This document shows, one piece after another, positions 9,881-20,289 of a stretch of DNA of 59,586 nucleotides (positions are counted from its first letter, which is position 1; each line of letters starts with the position of its first letter). Source of the stretch: Chroococcales cyanobacterium (lineage in GTDB: Bacteria > Cyanobacteriota > Cyanobacteriia > Cyanobacteriales > Microcoleaceae). The DNA lies in contig JBBSNU010000001.1 of NCBI GenBank assembly GCA_038260455.1, positions 1 through 59,586 of the forward strand, given 5' to 3'. The translations under genes were made by a program, and so were the position numbers. The notes beneath the pieces are model-generated. The model made no database searches. It saw only the letters and a list, made by a program, of their open reading frames with translations, and was not told the DNA's origin.

Positions 9881-10273
9881 TTAACAAAAATTTAGGGGTG
9901 GTAACATTCCCCAAGTGGGTGCTATATCTGCCAAGTCTGGGGGAATGAGACCAGGCAGTTCTTGATTTCCTGTTTCTTGCAACTCGGCAATATTGGATTG
10001 TATGGCCAGGGGTAAATCAAGGGCGATCGCACTGGCTCGATACCCCTCTTTGATATCTAGAATCCAAGCTTGAATAATCTGATTGAGGTGGCAATCATTT
10101 ATTTTACATTGACTTTGGTTTTGCAAGTTTGTTCGCATACTCTCTCGAAATTCTGGGGTGAACACTAGCTCTGGGTTGTTTTCCTGCGGGCTAGTCAGGC
10201 TTAAACTATATAGATACTCCTCGTTAGGGTTTTGGGAACCTTTTACTTTGAGAGCAATTGTGTATTTAACCAC
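9881..10273 (-). CDS. Hypothetical protein
   Basis: Co-oriented ORF. The GTG at 10273 overlaps the stop of the upstream vWA gene (translational coupling). Confidence 0.75.
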   Translation of the reverse strand: MVKYTIALKVKGSQNPNEEYLYSLSLTSPQENNPELVFTPEFRESMRTNLQNQSQCKINDCHLNQIIQAWILDIKEGYRASAIALDLPLAIQSNIAELQETGNQELPGLIPPDLADIAPTWGMLPPLNFC

Positions 10274-11750
10274 CCTTACCCCCATCTATAGAGTTTTCCG
10301 TAGCTGTTTTTACTTCAATCATTACCTCTCCTACTTTTCGCCGATCGCCATTGGCTAGTTCGTGCCTCAAGATTTTCATGCCTTTTAGTTTTTGCATTTG
10401 CTCGTCAAATTCCATAACAATTTTTCCTGATTCTAAGTAAACCTTTGCTGTTACAGGTGGGTATCCTTGGTCTTTTCGCAGGTAGATATGTGCATCTTCT
10501 GAACTCCCTAAAATAATAGGTTGAGTCCCTAGGTTAATATTGGTTTGCTCTGTTGGTGTCCAATGCACGATCAGCCATGCTCTGCGGCTCAAGTCTTCAA
10601 TTAAGGCGATCGCCAAGCCAATGAAAAAGCCGACTATCGCAGCACCGACGAGTCGCCCTACCAGATCTCCCGAAACGGCGGAAACTAATAAGAAACCGAT
10701 CGCCCCCGCAGTACCGCCGATCGCTCCTGCTTGTAAAGCGCGGTTTTTCTGGAGGTTGGGGACAAAGAAGGACATCCCCCCACCTAGGAGGGTGCCTAAG
10801 ATAGCCCAGCCGACGATTCTGCCGCCGAGGGTGAGAATGGGGATGCCTGCAACTGGTAAAAATAAGAGTTGACCGATCGCCCCTGCTGCAAGTCCGGCCG
10901 CTAGGCTGCCCCCTGTACCGATACTTCCCTCACTAAGTGTGAGCAGGCGGCGGCGCAGGTAATGGTTTTGACCGGCGATCAGAGCTAAGGAAGTGCCGAT
11001 CGCTAACAGGGCCGTCCATCCGCCAATTCGCAGCACAGAATAGAGCAAGCTGTAATCGCCTGTGGGCCCCGATTCCACGAGTTGGTTGCTGTAAATGGCT
11101 TGTTCTGCTTGGCGAAACGCTCGATCGAAGTCCCCAGAGTTGGCGTAGAAGACAAGGGATCGATTGCCGGTAAGCTGGGTGAGAAAGTTGGTGTTGGCAT
11201 CCCCAGTAGCGACAGCAACTAGGTTGATACCTTGAGCTTTGGCTGATTGTCCTGCTGTTAGGGTTGTTCCCGCATTGCTTGGTTCTCCGTCAGTAAATAG
11301 CAGAATGTTGCGCGGCTTGGAGGTTGACTGTAGTTCTCGTGCTGCTGCTTCGATGGCGATGTCCATCCTGGTGCCGCCGCCGTCAGACAGTTGGGCGATC
11401 GCGCGATCGAGCATTAATTTATTGCCTGTTAGACTGGCACCAATTTGAACGTTGCTGCCAAATCCGACGACGGCGAGGCGATTCTCTGAGAGGTTTTGTC
11501 GCTGTAGGAAGGCTTGAGCGGCTGATTTGACTTCTTGCAGTTTATTTTTTTCATCCATGCTGCCGGAACAGTCGATTAATAGGACGATCGCTTGGGGCGA
11601 TGAACTGGAAGGTGCAAGTTTAGTTAGTGCTAGGAAAGCTTCACCCAATAATGTTGCGGCACCAAGGCAACCGACTGCTCCGTAAAGACCAAAGAGTATT
11701 GGTTTGCTGAGTTTCTGCCTTAATTGTCCGAAAATATTTTGCACAGTCAA
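10266..11750 (-). CDS. Membrane protein with vWA domain, multiple Gly-rich TM helices and C-terminal FHA-like beta domain
   Basis: MIDAS DCSGSM, LFTDG; about 6 hydrophobic segments; C-terminal IILGSSEDAHIYL. AAGGAG RBS (start TTG 11750 or GTG 11744). Confidence 0.85.
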   Translation of the reverse strand: MTVQNIFGQLRQKLSKPILFGLYGAVGCLGAATLLGEAFLALTKLAPSSSSPQAIVLLIDCSGSMDEKNKLQEVKSAAQAFLQRQNLSENRLAVVGFGSNVQIGASLTGNKLMLDRAIAQLSDGGGTRMDIAIEAAARELQSTSKPRNILLFTDGEPSNAGTTLTAGQSAKAQGINLVAVATGDANTNFLTQLTGNRSLVFYANSGDFDRAFRQAEQAIYSNQLVESGPTGDYSLLYSVLRIGGWTALLAIGTSLALIAGQNHYLRRRLLTLSEGSIGTGGSLAAGLAAGAIGQLLFLPVAGIPILTLGGRIVGWAILGTLLGGGMSFFVPNLQKNRALQAGAIGGTAGAIGFLLVSAVSGDLVGRLVGAAIVGFFIGLAIALIEDLSRRAWLIVHWTPTEQTNINLGTQPIILGSSEDAHIYLRKDQGYPPVTAKVYLESGKIVMEFDEQMQKLKGMKILRHELANGDRRKVGEVMIEVKTATENSIDGGKGG

Positions 11751-11792
11751 ATCTCCTTATAGTTCCTAATGTCAGATATCACTTTTATTCAC

Positions 11793-12578
11793 CTATGGAC
11801 TATCTCTTATCATGGGAAAAATTGTAGAGGCATCAGGTGAACCGATAAATCGCCAGTGCCAAGGTTCAAACATAACGCCTTGGGAATTATTTAGAGGAAA
11901 AGACATTTCAAATCCATATTCTTTTGCGTGTTGATTAAGCCAACGATAGGCATCACTATCGACAAAAGCATTTGTAATATCTTGTTTGGGAAACCGACCA
12001 TCACTTAGATCTACAGCGTAACCCGTATGATGTTCGCTGTAGCCGGCAGGAGCGCTGACTTTTGCAGCAGCTTCATCAGATCCTAGACGTGCCATCTGCT
12101 CGTTAAATAAAAGTTTTTGTCGCTCAACGGTACGAAAACCTGAGACAGGAATAATCCAGACTCCTTCATCACGAGCAACGTAGATAAGCTTCATCAGTGC
12201 TTTTGCAGCTTCCTGATCCAGGTACTCGAATCGCTGATATTGCTGCTGAGCGTAACTGGCTATGAGAATCAGGTGATTCTGAGGGGCTTCTTGATAATAT
12301 AAATGACCCATCAAAGAGCGAGTCAAATTAGTCGGTTGCTGAACTGAAGCTAAAGCAGGTGCAGAGGAAGGAGAAATCGCAGGTAAGGTAGGTGGAGATG
12401 CTTGAACTGTGTTTGACAATCTAGCTCCAGAAATTTCTTTGAAATCTTTGGGGAAATTTGATTGTAGGATCAGCCCTATTGCAAATGTGGTAGTAACGAT
12501 GATCGTAATTACAGTAATTACAAGAGTTGCGAACGAAATCATCTTTAGTAATACTCTAGTATTGCGAGGTTTTTTCAT
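11793..12578 (-). CDS. Membrane-anchored D-alanyl-D-alanine carboxypeptidase (M15B/VanY family)
   Basis: N-terminal TM; SGFR, SEHHTGYAVD (SxHxxGxAxD), EPWHWRF. Confidence 0.92.
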   Translation of the reverse strand: MKKPRNTRVLLKMISFATLVITVITIIVTTTFAIGLILQSNFPKDFKEISGARLSNTVQASPPTLPAISPSSAPALASVQQPTNLTRSLMGHLYYQEAPQNHLILIASYAQQQYQRFEYLDQEAAKALMKLIYVARDEGVWIIPVSGFRTVERQKLLFNEQMARLGSDEAAAKVSAPAGYSEHHTGYAVDLSDGRFPKQDITNAFVDSDAYRWLNQHAKEYGFEMSFPLNNSQGVMFEPWHWRFIGSPDASTIFPMIRDSP

Positions 12579-12598
12579 GTTTTTTTATGTGCAAAGGT

Positions 12599-13552
12599 TC
12601 ATTCAACATTTTCTACTTTCCATTTATTTCCATCTAATCTAAAATAAAAGCGATAATCTTTTGTTTCTGACCCGCTTTTTTCTTGCTGAACTTCACCATT
12701 AACGTATAACACTAGGTCTTCGGTAATATTGACATTGATTTGAGCTTTGTCAGATGATGATGAAAAATTATTCGAGGCGTTAACTTGAGATTTGTTGTAT
12801 TGATAATAAGCATTGTTGTCGCGCATCCATTTAATAGCACCGATAGTTTTGATATAGCGATCGCCAATGGTTAAACTAGCAGCCAATTCCTCATCATAGG
12901 GAGGAGCAAATAGCCGTTTTTTAGCATTTAGCGAGTTTTGAACGAGTTGAACAGCTTCCTTTTCACTCAATCCTGTTACTGGGGATGAAGCAGCAGGAGA
13001 CTCAGAACGAGATTCTGAGGATGAAGGTTTAGACTGTGGGGGAACAGAAGTAGGTGAAGGTATAGAACTTGAAACTGCTTCCAAACTTCCGAAACTCATT
13101 TGTAAGCTAAAACTGCTAGAACCTTTAGGTACAGAAATCTGAACGATGTATTTCCCATCCTGAGTTAAATTGTTCTTGGTGATTATATTTTTCGTGGCTA
13201 TTATATTTTTCGTGTTTAGAAGTTGGGTATCAGGGGCATAAACCCAAATGCAAATATCGTCTGTAGGTCGATAACTTAACTGCTGATTTGATTTTGCTTC
13301 AAAAACATATCCGATGTATTGTCCAGGGATAGCTTGGGGCGATTCTTGAAAAGTTTCAGTTGCTGCACTAAGTGAGATTTGCTTCACATTGTTACTATCT
13401 AAACTTTCTGTCGGCTTTTCTGGACAATCCCCAGATGAGCTTCCAGGTAAAGTTAATCTTGAGGGTAAAATACTTGATACTTGTTGACAACCACTGGCTG
13501 CTAGCAGTGCGAAACAGATTAATGCTTTTGAGCAATAGTGATATATGTTCAT
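12599..13552 (-). CDS. Lipoprotein with PPC-like beta domain and C-terminal ARC6/IMS (DUF4101)-like domain
   Basis: Lipobox LAASGC after MNIYHY (start moved from 13825); Ser/Pro linker; C-terminus EAVQLVQNSLNAKKRLFAPPYD...WMRDNNAYYQY...WKV is typical of IMS domains. Confidence 0.75.
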   Translation of the reverse strand: MNIYHYCSKALICFALLAASGCQQVSSILPSRLTLPGSSSGDCPEKPTESLDSNNVKQISLSAATETFQESPQAIPGQYIGYVFEAKSNQQLSYRPTDDICIWVYAPDTQLLNTKNIIATKNIITKNNLTQDGKYIVQISVPKGSSSFSLQMSFGSLEAVSSSIPSPTSVPPQSKPSSSESRSESPAASSPVTGLSEKEAVQLVQNSLNAKKRLFAPPYDEELAASLTIGDRYIKTIGAIKWMRDNNAYYQYNKSQVNASNNFSSSSDKAQINVNITEDLVLYVNGEVQQEKSGSETKDYRFYFRLDGNKWKVENVE

Positions 13553-13703
13553 GGAAGTTTCATTGTGCATCATGCGTTGATTAACTGTTATGCGTTCATA
13601 AATTATTCTGGCGTTTAATTTCGTTAATTTGCCAAATTCTTGTAAATCAATGAGAATTTTAAAAAAATCGAAATAGATTTTTTCAATAAAGCTTAGCCCC
13701 GTT

Positions 13704-14828
13704 TTATCTAACTTCAATACTAAATATGTAGCTAGCATCACTCGTGGCAGAAACTTCAATTGCGTAATCTCCGCGACTCGGCAGTCGTCTTTGCCATTGC
13801 GAATTGCCATTGTTAGCCCTCCCAATTATTTGCCCGTCTGGATCGATCACCGCTATATCAACACTGCCTTTTTGAATTTGAACCGACATAGATTGTCCGC
13901 CGATGCACCAGAGCAAGTAACGCTTCCGCTGCGCGGGTGTGATACTGCCTTGAATAGAGCCTCCTGTACTACCTTTGTTGAATTTAACTCGCTCGGTTTC
14001 GACTGAAATTTGTGAAGATTTATTGAACACTCTTGTAGGAGGTGCTATGCTTGCACCGCTAGTTTCAGAATTCAAAATATCCCTAAACTCTATGGCTCTT
14101 TGTTTGCTGATAAATGAGGCTACTTGAATAGCTTGTGTTCCGGTATCTTTTCTTTTTTTGGATAAAGCATCGTTGCAAAAACGCGATCGCGCTAGCTGTA
14201 AATTTGCTTCGCTATCGGGCAAATAAACAGGATAAAAATCAACTGGATAATCATTAGGGTTTGCAGGTAAAGGATCGCCGCAACTAGACATGGGGAACTT
14301 GTAGTTAGCAATTTGTTCTGATGAAGGCTTAGAAACACTTGATGAAGCGTTCGCTGAGCTATTAGTCGCCCGTGAAGGTGTCGTTACAGTTGCTGAGGAA
14401 CTAGGAGGACTCGTGGGTGATGGCGAAACAACATCTAAACCCATCGCTATATCGAAAGTAGTAGACCCTTGAGGTGCTGATACTTGAATTGTGTATTTCC
14501 CACTGTTGGGTAAAAATCCACTATTTAAGAGCTGGTTATCAGGCGTAAAAACCCAGATACAAATAGCATTAGTCGTATGATAATTTAGCTTTTGACCAGC
14601 CTTACCTTCAAAGGTATAACCCACTGATTTACTTTGATTTGCGATTTTTGATTCTGTTAGCATTTGATTTTTTAGCACAATTGATTTGACATCGCTAGGA
14701 TCTAATGAATTTTCTGGCTTGGCGGGACAATTGTTTGAAATAGGCTCTACTTTTGCTCCCGAAATTTGAGAGTTAGCCGTACATCCATAGATCATTAAAA
14801 GAGTCAGACAAAAGTAGAGTGTTTTCAT
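13704..14828 (-). CDS. Lipoprotein with PPC-like domains, paralogous N-terminus to the adjacent lipoprotein
   Basis: Lipobox LMIYGC (start MKTLYF at 14828; ORF extends to 14858). CPAKPENSLDPSDVKSI aligns with CPEKPTESLDSNNVKQI of the neighbour; C-terminal LPSRGDYAIEV is PPC-like. Confidence 0.75.
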   Translation of the reverse strand: MKTLYFCLTLLMIYGCTANSQISGAKVEPISNNCPAKPENSLDPSDVKSIVLKNQMLTESKIANQSKSVGYTFEGKAGQKLNYHTTNAICIWVFTPDNQLLNSGFLPNSGKYTIQVSAPQGSTTFDIAMGLDVVSPSPTSPPSSSATVTTPSRATNSSANASSSVSKPSSEQIANYKFPMSSCGDPLPANPNDYPVDFYPVYLPDSEANLQLARSRFCNDALSKKRKDTGTQAIQVASFISKQRAIEFRDILNSETSGASIAPPTRVFNKSSQISVETERVKFNKGSTGGSIQGSITPAQRKRYLLWCIGGQSMSVQIQKGSVDIAVIDPDGQIIGRANNGNSQWQRRLPSRGDYAIEVSATSDASYIFSIEVR

Positions 14829-14888
14829 AAAATTTAGGCACTTTTTACTTGACTTCAATTGCGTTTAAGCAGTAAAGGTTATTGATTC

Positions 14889-16190
14889 CTAAGCTTGAGC
14901 CTCTCGCTTCAAATATTCGGCCCACAGCCAGAATGGTAAAACACCGCCGACAGCTATCACAACTAAGACAGCTAGCAGCATAGTCATGCGGGTATTCAAG
15001 GGAAGCGATCGCCCAAACACAGTAATCGTATAAGACGCTGGTGCTGATTTGACCGATTGGATAACCACCTGAACGTCATGCTTAGAACCGCGTTCAGCAT
15101 TCGGTTGGTTATAGCTGATTTGATACTCGCCCAAAAGCGCATTCAAAAATAACTTAAGTTTGTCGGTAACAGTCTGAGAGTCAGGCGAAAATTCAGCTAT
15201 GCCGCCTGTCGCCTTGGCAATTGCTGCTAAACTGTCCTGATCTACAAAATCGTCCTCTGGAACTTTGCGATCGCCTTTCCCGACATCGGAAATTTTAGCT
15301 GCCCTCCCTAAATTATACTTCTTGCCTAACTCCGCCGGTGTTAAACCGTAGCCCAAAGTATGAATAGTGATTTGATCGTTCTTTTTTAACAGCGATAACA
15401 GGCTATTAAAATCCTTGTCTCGATTAGCCTTATTGTGATATCCGTCCGATAAAACAATAATCGATAATCTAGGCTGAGGTTCATTGGAATCTTTTGGCAC
15501 ATAAAAACCAGGATTAGATGATGGATCAGCTAAAAAACGGACGGCCTTACTGAGAGGTTCATAAATGTTAGTAGAAGCACAGGCTATTTCTTTGGGTAGG
15601 TAGTCATTCAGGTAGCTAGCCAGTTTGTAATCACCGGCTGACATAAAATTATTCAGCTTGTCAGGTGTGACTGGAAAGCCTTTTTCGCAACTAGGGCCGC
15701 CGTCCCCAAAGGGAATAATTGATACTTGCGGCTTCGGACAAGCAACGGTTGAATTTTTAGGGCAGCGATTGGCTAACTCGGTAGTGAATTGTTTAATAGC
15801 ATCGATAGAACCTGCTTTTCTCGTTGTTCCTCGGCTGTCTTTATTGTTCATGCTGCCACTAAAGTCGAGCAGGACGATAATCCAAGCGGGAGGCGGTACA
15901 GCCTCTTCGGGACTTTTCCAATCTTTGCTGCGAAACTCCAGCGGTTTATTGTCCACTATTAAGTTAAAGTCTGTCTCCTGTAAACCTAGTACAGGGCGAT
16001 CGTTAGCATCTTTAGCTTTAATTCTGACAGTCACACGTTCATTTTCCAGAACAGGAGTGCCAATTATTTCGGCACTTTTTACTTGACCGAAACCGGGACT
16101 GCTGAAGGAAAGAGCTAACAGTGCAGACAAGCTAAGCCTGCGGGTCAAGGAAACGATTGTAGTATACAAATCGGTATAATTTTTCTTCAT
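14889..16190 (-). CDS. Exported vWA domain protein with C-terminal membrane anchor
   Basis: Signal-like RRLSLSALLALSFSSPGFG; MIDAS DFSGSM; VLSDG; C-terminal TM. Confidence 0.87.
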   Translation of the reverse strand: MKKNYTDLYTTIVSLTRRLSLSALLALSFSSPGFGQVKSAEIIGTPVLENERVTVRIKAKDANDRPVLGLQETDFNLIVDNKPLEFRSKDWKSPEEAVPPPAWIIVLLDFSGSMNNKDSRGTTRKAGSIDAIKQFTTELANRCPKNSTVACPKPQVSIIPFGDGGPSCEKGFPVTPDKLNNFMSAGDYKLASYLNDYLPKEIACASTNIYEPLSKAVRFLADPSSNPGFYVPKDSNEPQPRLSIIVLSDGYHNKANRDKDFNSLLSLLKKNDQITIHTLGYGLTPAELGKKYNLGRAAKISDVGKGDRKVPEDDFVDQDSLAAIAKATGGIAEFSPDSQTVTDKLKLFLNALLGEYQISYNQPNAERGSKHDVQVVIQSVKSAPASYTITVFGRSLPLNTRMTMLLAVLVVIAVGGVLPFWLWAEYLKREAQA

Positions 16191-17211
16191 CGGGTCTGTC
16201 CTGTTGGAGGGGGTAAAAAGTCAAGATATTGTTGTGTTTGAGAGAAATTGGGTTAGAGGAACTTAGGCGACAGCCATTTACTTCGATAGTGTTGTAAAAC
16301 TTAGGATTAGGTTTGAGAATAGCTTCGCGAACCTTCACTTCTAAGTCTGCTGCGTGCAGGGGTAGTCCCGGAATTTGGATATTTGCCTTGTCAGCCGAAC
16401 CGATTTTAATTGTGCCTGTAGCAGGAAGTTGAATAGACAAGCCCTCTTCAATTTGTTCTGATTCGCTATCGCTAACAAATTGGAGTTTTCCCTCCTTTTT
16501 ATTAATCGTTGGATATTCAGACTTCGACCCACTTGCATCGTAGTAAACATCCCCTGTGTACTCAAAGCCAGAACCTGCTCTCAAAGCGGCCATGTAGCTG
16601 GGAGAAGTCGAGATGCTGAACACGAAGCCGAGTAACATTCCTAGAATTGAAAAGCCGATCGGGTCTTCAAGACCTTTGAGTGCTGCTGGGAATTCTCCGA
16701 TGAATTGCCGCAGGATTTCAAAAATGAGTGCAGCGGCGAGACTGGCGGCAAAACTGGCGATCGTGCTTGTCTGGAATCGTTGCCAGAAACGCTTGGCATC
16801 TCCCGCTTCGATGCTGTGCCACCGCCAACTTACCCCCTCAGCAATGCCTGTAGAAGTGCCGATTAGCAGCCAACTGACAATCCTGAGAATTCTCGTGTCA
16901 AAGCGAACTTGGGGCAGCAATACAATTTGGGAGATTCCGCCTGCAATTAAGCCTGCTAATATCCCCAAAACGGCAGCAATGGCGATCGGAAATAAAGCTA
17001 TGCGCCAGCACAATTTAGGTCTAGTTGGGGTACTGACGAAAATTTCAGTAAACACCATTCCAACGGCCAGCGACACAGCGATGCAGGGAAACAAAACAAG
17101 TTCGGGAAAAGGCTTCAGCAACCCTAAGTCAGTGAGGAACACTTGACCGAGGTTCCAGCCAATTAAGGCTGATGTAATGCCAGCTAGGATGTAAAAGTAT
17201 CTTCTCATCAT
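16132..17211 (-). CDS. Multi-pass membrane protein with C-terminal FHA-like beta domain
   Basis: About 6 TM segments, then IKIGSADKANIQIPG...EVNG...LKHNNILTF (FHA-fold-like, lacking the canonical GR and SxxH). Confidence 0.75.
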   Translation of the reverse strand: MMRRYFYILAGITSALIGWNLGQVFLTDLGLLKPFPELVLFPCIAVSLAVGMVFTEIFVSTPTRPKLCWRIALFPIAIAAVLGILAGLIAGGISQIVLLPQVRFDTRILRIVSWLLIGTSTGIAEGVSWRWHSIEAGDAKRFWQRFQTSTIASFAASLAAALIFEILRQFIGEFPAALKGLEDPIGFSILGMLLGFVFSISTSPSYMAALRAGSGFEYTGDVYYDASGSKSEYPTINKKEGKLQFVSDSESEQIEEGLSIQLPATGTIKIGSADKANIQIPGLPLHAADLEVKVREAILKPNPKFYNTIEVNGCRLSSSNPISLKHNNILTFYPLQQDRPDEEKLYRFVYYNRFLDPQA

Positions 17212-17213
17212 AT

Positions 17214-19367
17214 TTAACCTCTCCCTCCCGGTGGGGTATTAAAATTTTGTGGTGGTGGGTTACTCAGCTTTTTCTTTAGATATTTTCTTAACTCTTGAAC
17301 CGTAGATTTTTCTGATAACATATATCCTGCGGGCAAAGTTTTTTCAGGATTCTTACTTTGATATTGATATATCGCATTAATCCATTCTGTTTTTGTGGTT
17401 TCTTTTGCTTTTACCCCTTTGATAGCATCTGTATAATCAAGATTGATATCTTGAAAAAGCGACTTAAGTTCAAAGATAATTTTTTCTTTATCTAATCCCT
17501 CCTCTTTTACAAGTGCATTGACCACCTCTTCATTCATCACTCGACTGGTTTCAGCAAACTTTTTCAAGGCTTCTTCCTCTTTATCTTGCGGTATTGGAGC
17601 GACTATATTAGTCTTCCTGTCTTTTCGTGGTTGAGTAGCAGTCTGAGCAGGAAAACTATCTCCTTTAGAATTATCTGATGTAGTAGTAGATTGATTTCTT
17701 TCCTGGGAATAAGGTGTTTTTTGAAACAAAGCTTTTCCTCCTAATAAACCGACCATAAATGTCAACAGTATCAGCGGAAATACAATTACAAGTGGCACAA
17801 AAATACCTCCTAATTCCATTAACAAAAATAACAATGATTCTGGGAAACTTACTTGCTTTTTGAGGGTCAATCCATAAACATTAGAATTTCGACCTCCATT
17901 CGAGACTTCAGAAAAAATTCTTTTGGGTACTTCGCCATAGCCTATTTGATAGAAAAATGCTGCTATTTTGGGAGACTGTAATTTATCAAACAATTCAGCC
18001 AACGTCTGATATTGTGTTTGATGCGGATAATACCTGTCTTGCCAATAAACCTTGACATCATTTGCTAACTTTTTCCATTTTTCATCGTGAATTATTTTGC
18101 TGTGTAAGTTGGGTAATTGCCTCACTTTAGGATTCATCAAGCTTAAATCATGGTCAATATCTAGAACCACTTGCTGAGAATAAATATGTCTCCACAATCC
18201 AGAGGGGAAACTCAATAACCAAACAACATTCTCTAACAACTCTGGTTGCTCAATCAATCTAGGAATAATCAGCTTGACCCCTTGAGTTATTTTGAGGGTA
18301 AAATTCTGTGCATTTCCTGCGATTCCGCTGATTGAGCTTTTTATTTCAGATTGAAAAGTCTCAGAAACTTGATAATGATCCTCCTGTTTTCCCCGCTTCT
18401 GCATCCAAGAGAGGAACTCTGGTAATGTCTCAGGAAGGACGATCGCCCTTAGCGTCAACAGGCGCACCATCTGAGGGCTGTAAATTCCCTGAGAGCGCGC
18501 TTGAGCCGCCCCTTGCGCGTTAAAAATTACTTCCCAGTCGCTATCCTGAACTTGGTTCAGCGCTGTTTCAATTGCTTGCACTTGCTCCAGCTTGACGTTT
18601 TCCCGGCTAATCAAACCCTTAATTGCCGATTTAATCTCGTACTCCCCGGTAATGGGGGCAGTATATTGAGGCGTACTGGCGATCGCCCTGTGCAACAATT
18701 GCTCAGCTTTTTCACTAGCAGGCTGAATCACCAAAAAACTTCTGGGTTGTTCCAAGGCTTCCGCCTGAAACGCCCAAGCAACAGGTTGACCGTTTTCTCT
18801 CCCTTTTTCCATTGCCATTTGATTGACAATAAAGGCTGTACAGGGCTGTTGTACAGAAGGAATAATAACTGGAACATTATTAACCAGTAGATTTTGAAGT
18901 TCAGGGGGCAGAGAAATTTGAGGTTGATTCGTGGCTGAACATTCATTCGGCTGCCCCACAACTTTCGTTTCAAAGGGGTTAAAAACAGATATCTTCTTCC
19001 CCGGCTGAGAATATATCCAAGCCAAAATCTTCCACAGGTTGCCGACCCCTTCGCACAGAAAATAACGGTACATAGTAGGTTTTCGACCTTTATCATCTCT
19101 GCCTCTGATGACGACAGCGATCACTGACCAATCTTGCCCGCCACCCCGCACTTCGCGACCAATGATTGCAGGATCGTCGCTGGAGGCACCCTCAGCAACG
19201 GCAAATTCTCGATTGGCGATCGCGCTCTGCACAGAGGCTGGAATAGGGTCAACGGTTTTGTTCATATACTCCCCCACAAATCCGTGCGATACCCACCTGC
19301 CGTCGGGAGTCATTTCTGCTTGGATACCAGTGCTAAATTCGTGAATTTTAATGGTTGCTGAATTCAT
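17214..19367 (-). CDS. GTPase-associated large protein (GAP1-like N-terminus) with C-terminal TM hairpin
   Basis: Directly follows three GTPases; the N-terminal GRDDKGR...YRYF segment resembles GAP1-type domains; TM pair near residues 510-545. Family call is inference from context. Confidence 0.6.
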   Translation of the reverse strand: MNSATIKIHEFSTGIQAEMTPDGRWVSHGFVGEYMNKTVDPIPASVQSAIANREFAVAEGASSDDPAIIGREVRGGGQDWSVIAVVIRGRDDKGRKPTMYRYFLCEGVGNLWKILAWIYSQPGKKISVFNPFETKVVGQPNECSATNQPQISLPPELQNLLVNNVPVIIPSVQQPCTAFIVNQMAMEKGRENGQPVAWAFQAEALEQPRSFLVIQPASEKAEQLLHRAIASTPQYTAPITGEYEIKSAIKGLISRENVKLEQVQAIETALNQVQDSDWEVIFNAQGAAQARSQGIYSPQMVRLLTLRAIVLPETLPEFLSWMQKRGKQEDHYQVSETFQSEIKSSISGIAGNAQNFTLKITQGVKLIIPRLIEQPELLENVVWLLSFPSGLWRHIYSQQVVLDIDHDLSLMNPKVRQLPNLHSKIIHDEKWKKLANDVKVYWQDRYYPHQTQYQTLAELFDKLQSPKIAAFFYQIGYGEVPKRIFSEVSNGGRNSNVYGLTLKKQVSFPESLLFLLMELGGIFVPLVIVFPLILLTFMVGLLGGKALFQKTPYSQERNQSTTTSDNSKGDSFPAQTATQPRKDRKTNIVAPIPQDKEEEALKKFAETSRVMNEEVVNALVKEEGLDKEKIIFELKSLFQDINLDYTDAIKGVKAKETTKTEWINAIYQYQSKNPEKTLPAGYMLSEKSTVQELRKYLKKKLSNPPPQNFNTPPGGRG

Positions 19368-19371
19368 TTTT

Positions 19372-20289
19372 TTAGTCCTTATCTAATTCTTTGTGCCGTT
19401 CGCCTGTGCAAAGCCAATAAATCGGAGCAACTAAGCCAAATGGCCGCCAGCGTTTCGGGTCTTTAATCACAGAACTCGTGCCGTCGCGATCGCGCTTGAG
19501 CCTTGTTGAATTTGGTTCTGGATACCTACTCCCCAACATTCCAAAAGCAGAAGTAGTAAAGTAATCTACTTGACCGCCTCCCATTTGTTCCCACCCTTGC
19601 AATTTCCTAAAAGTTTGAGGAAAACGAGCTTGCGCTAATACTCTTGGCTTGTGCCGACTCACCCACAATTCACACTGTTCGCACTTCGTCATTACAAAGG
19701 CTATGCGCCGTTGGTTGCTGCTAATATCGGTGCGATCTAGAGCCATTAAAAACTTATCCAGACCGTTAGCATACTCAGAATCTTTGCGGTGAGTCGTGCC
19801 ATCTACGAGCAACATAATTCCCGTTGATCTCACGCAATCTTCTAGGTAGTCTACTAGCAGCGAATCTCCGGTTCTGTGGAGGAGGTCGCTAAAAAATTCA
19901 CCTGCATAGTCTTTGCAGCTTATGTTTAACTTGACAAGCTGTGGTTGCAAGGTTACTTTTGGCGTTTTCCAGGTAAATTCCCCTTTAAGAACAATACTTA
20001 AGGTGTAATCTTTGATATCATCAACACTTGCAAGAGCAGTTGCTTCAAGCTGTAGCCCTTGCTCCAAGATATTTTGAGCTTTAGCAACCAGTTCGTTGGC
20101 ATCATCGTTAATAGGCGTGACAGTTTGAACAGGACTAGAAGTATTGGCATTGGGCCAATAAGCTAGCGATGCCATGTAAGCAGTTTTGCCAGAAGCGCGA
20201 TCGCCAATCACTCGAACTTCAGCGCTGCGATCGAGCGGTTCTGAATTACTAGAAGTTTTGGTTTTATTTTGACTTAGCCAATCCAGCAT
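19372..20289 (-). CDS. TRAFAC-like P-loop GTPase (3rd of tandem trio)
   Basis: G1 GDRASGKT, G3 DYAGE, G4 TKCE, G5-like TSAFG. Confidence 0.82.
   Translation of the reverse strand: MLDWLSQNKTKTSSNSEPLDRSAEVRVIGDRASGKTAYMASLAYWPNANTSSPVQTVTPINDDANELVAKAQNILEQGLQLEATALASVDDIKDYTLSIVLKGEFTWKTPKVTLQPQLVKLNISCKDYAGEFFSDLLHRTGDSLLVDYLEDCVRSTGIMLLVDGTTHRKDSEYANGLDKFLMALDRTDISSNQRRIAFVMTKCEQCELWVSRHKPRVLAQARFPQTFRKLQGWEQMGGGQVDYFTTSAFGMLGSRYPEPNSTRLKRDRDGTSSVIKDPKRWRPFGLVAPIYWLCTGERHKELDKD

Noticed and set aside
13553-13825. N-terminal extensions in the ORF track (also 4171-4239, 23846-23953, 28077-28208, 42506-42619, 44772-44831, 50076-50345)
   Set aside because: They overlap neighbouring genes, repeats or promoter motifs; downstream ATGs have RBS, signal peptides or paralog-matched starts.
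15658-17146. Longer antisense ORFs (e.g. 15658-16086, 16613-17146, 31689-32201, 38352-38834, 51426-51914)
   Set aside because: They are shadow frames of well-supported genes with no independent motifs.
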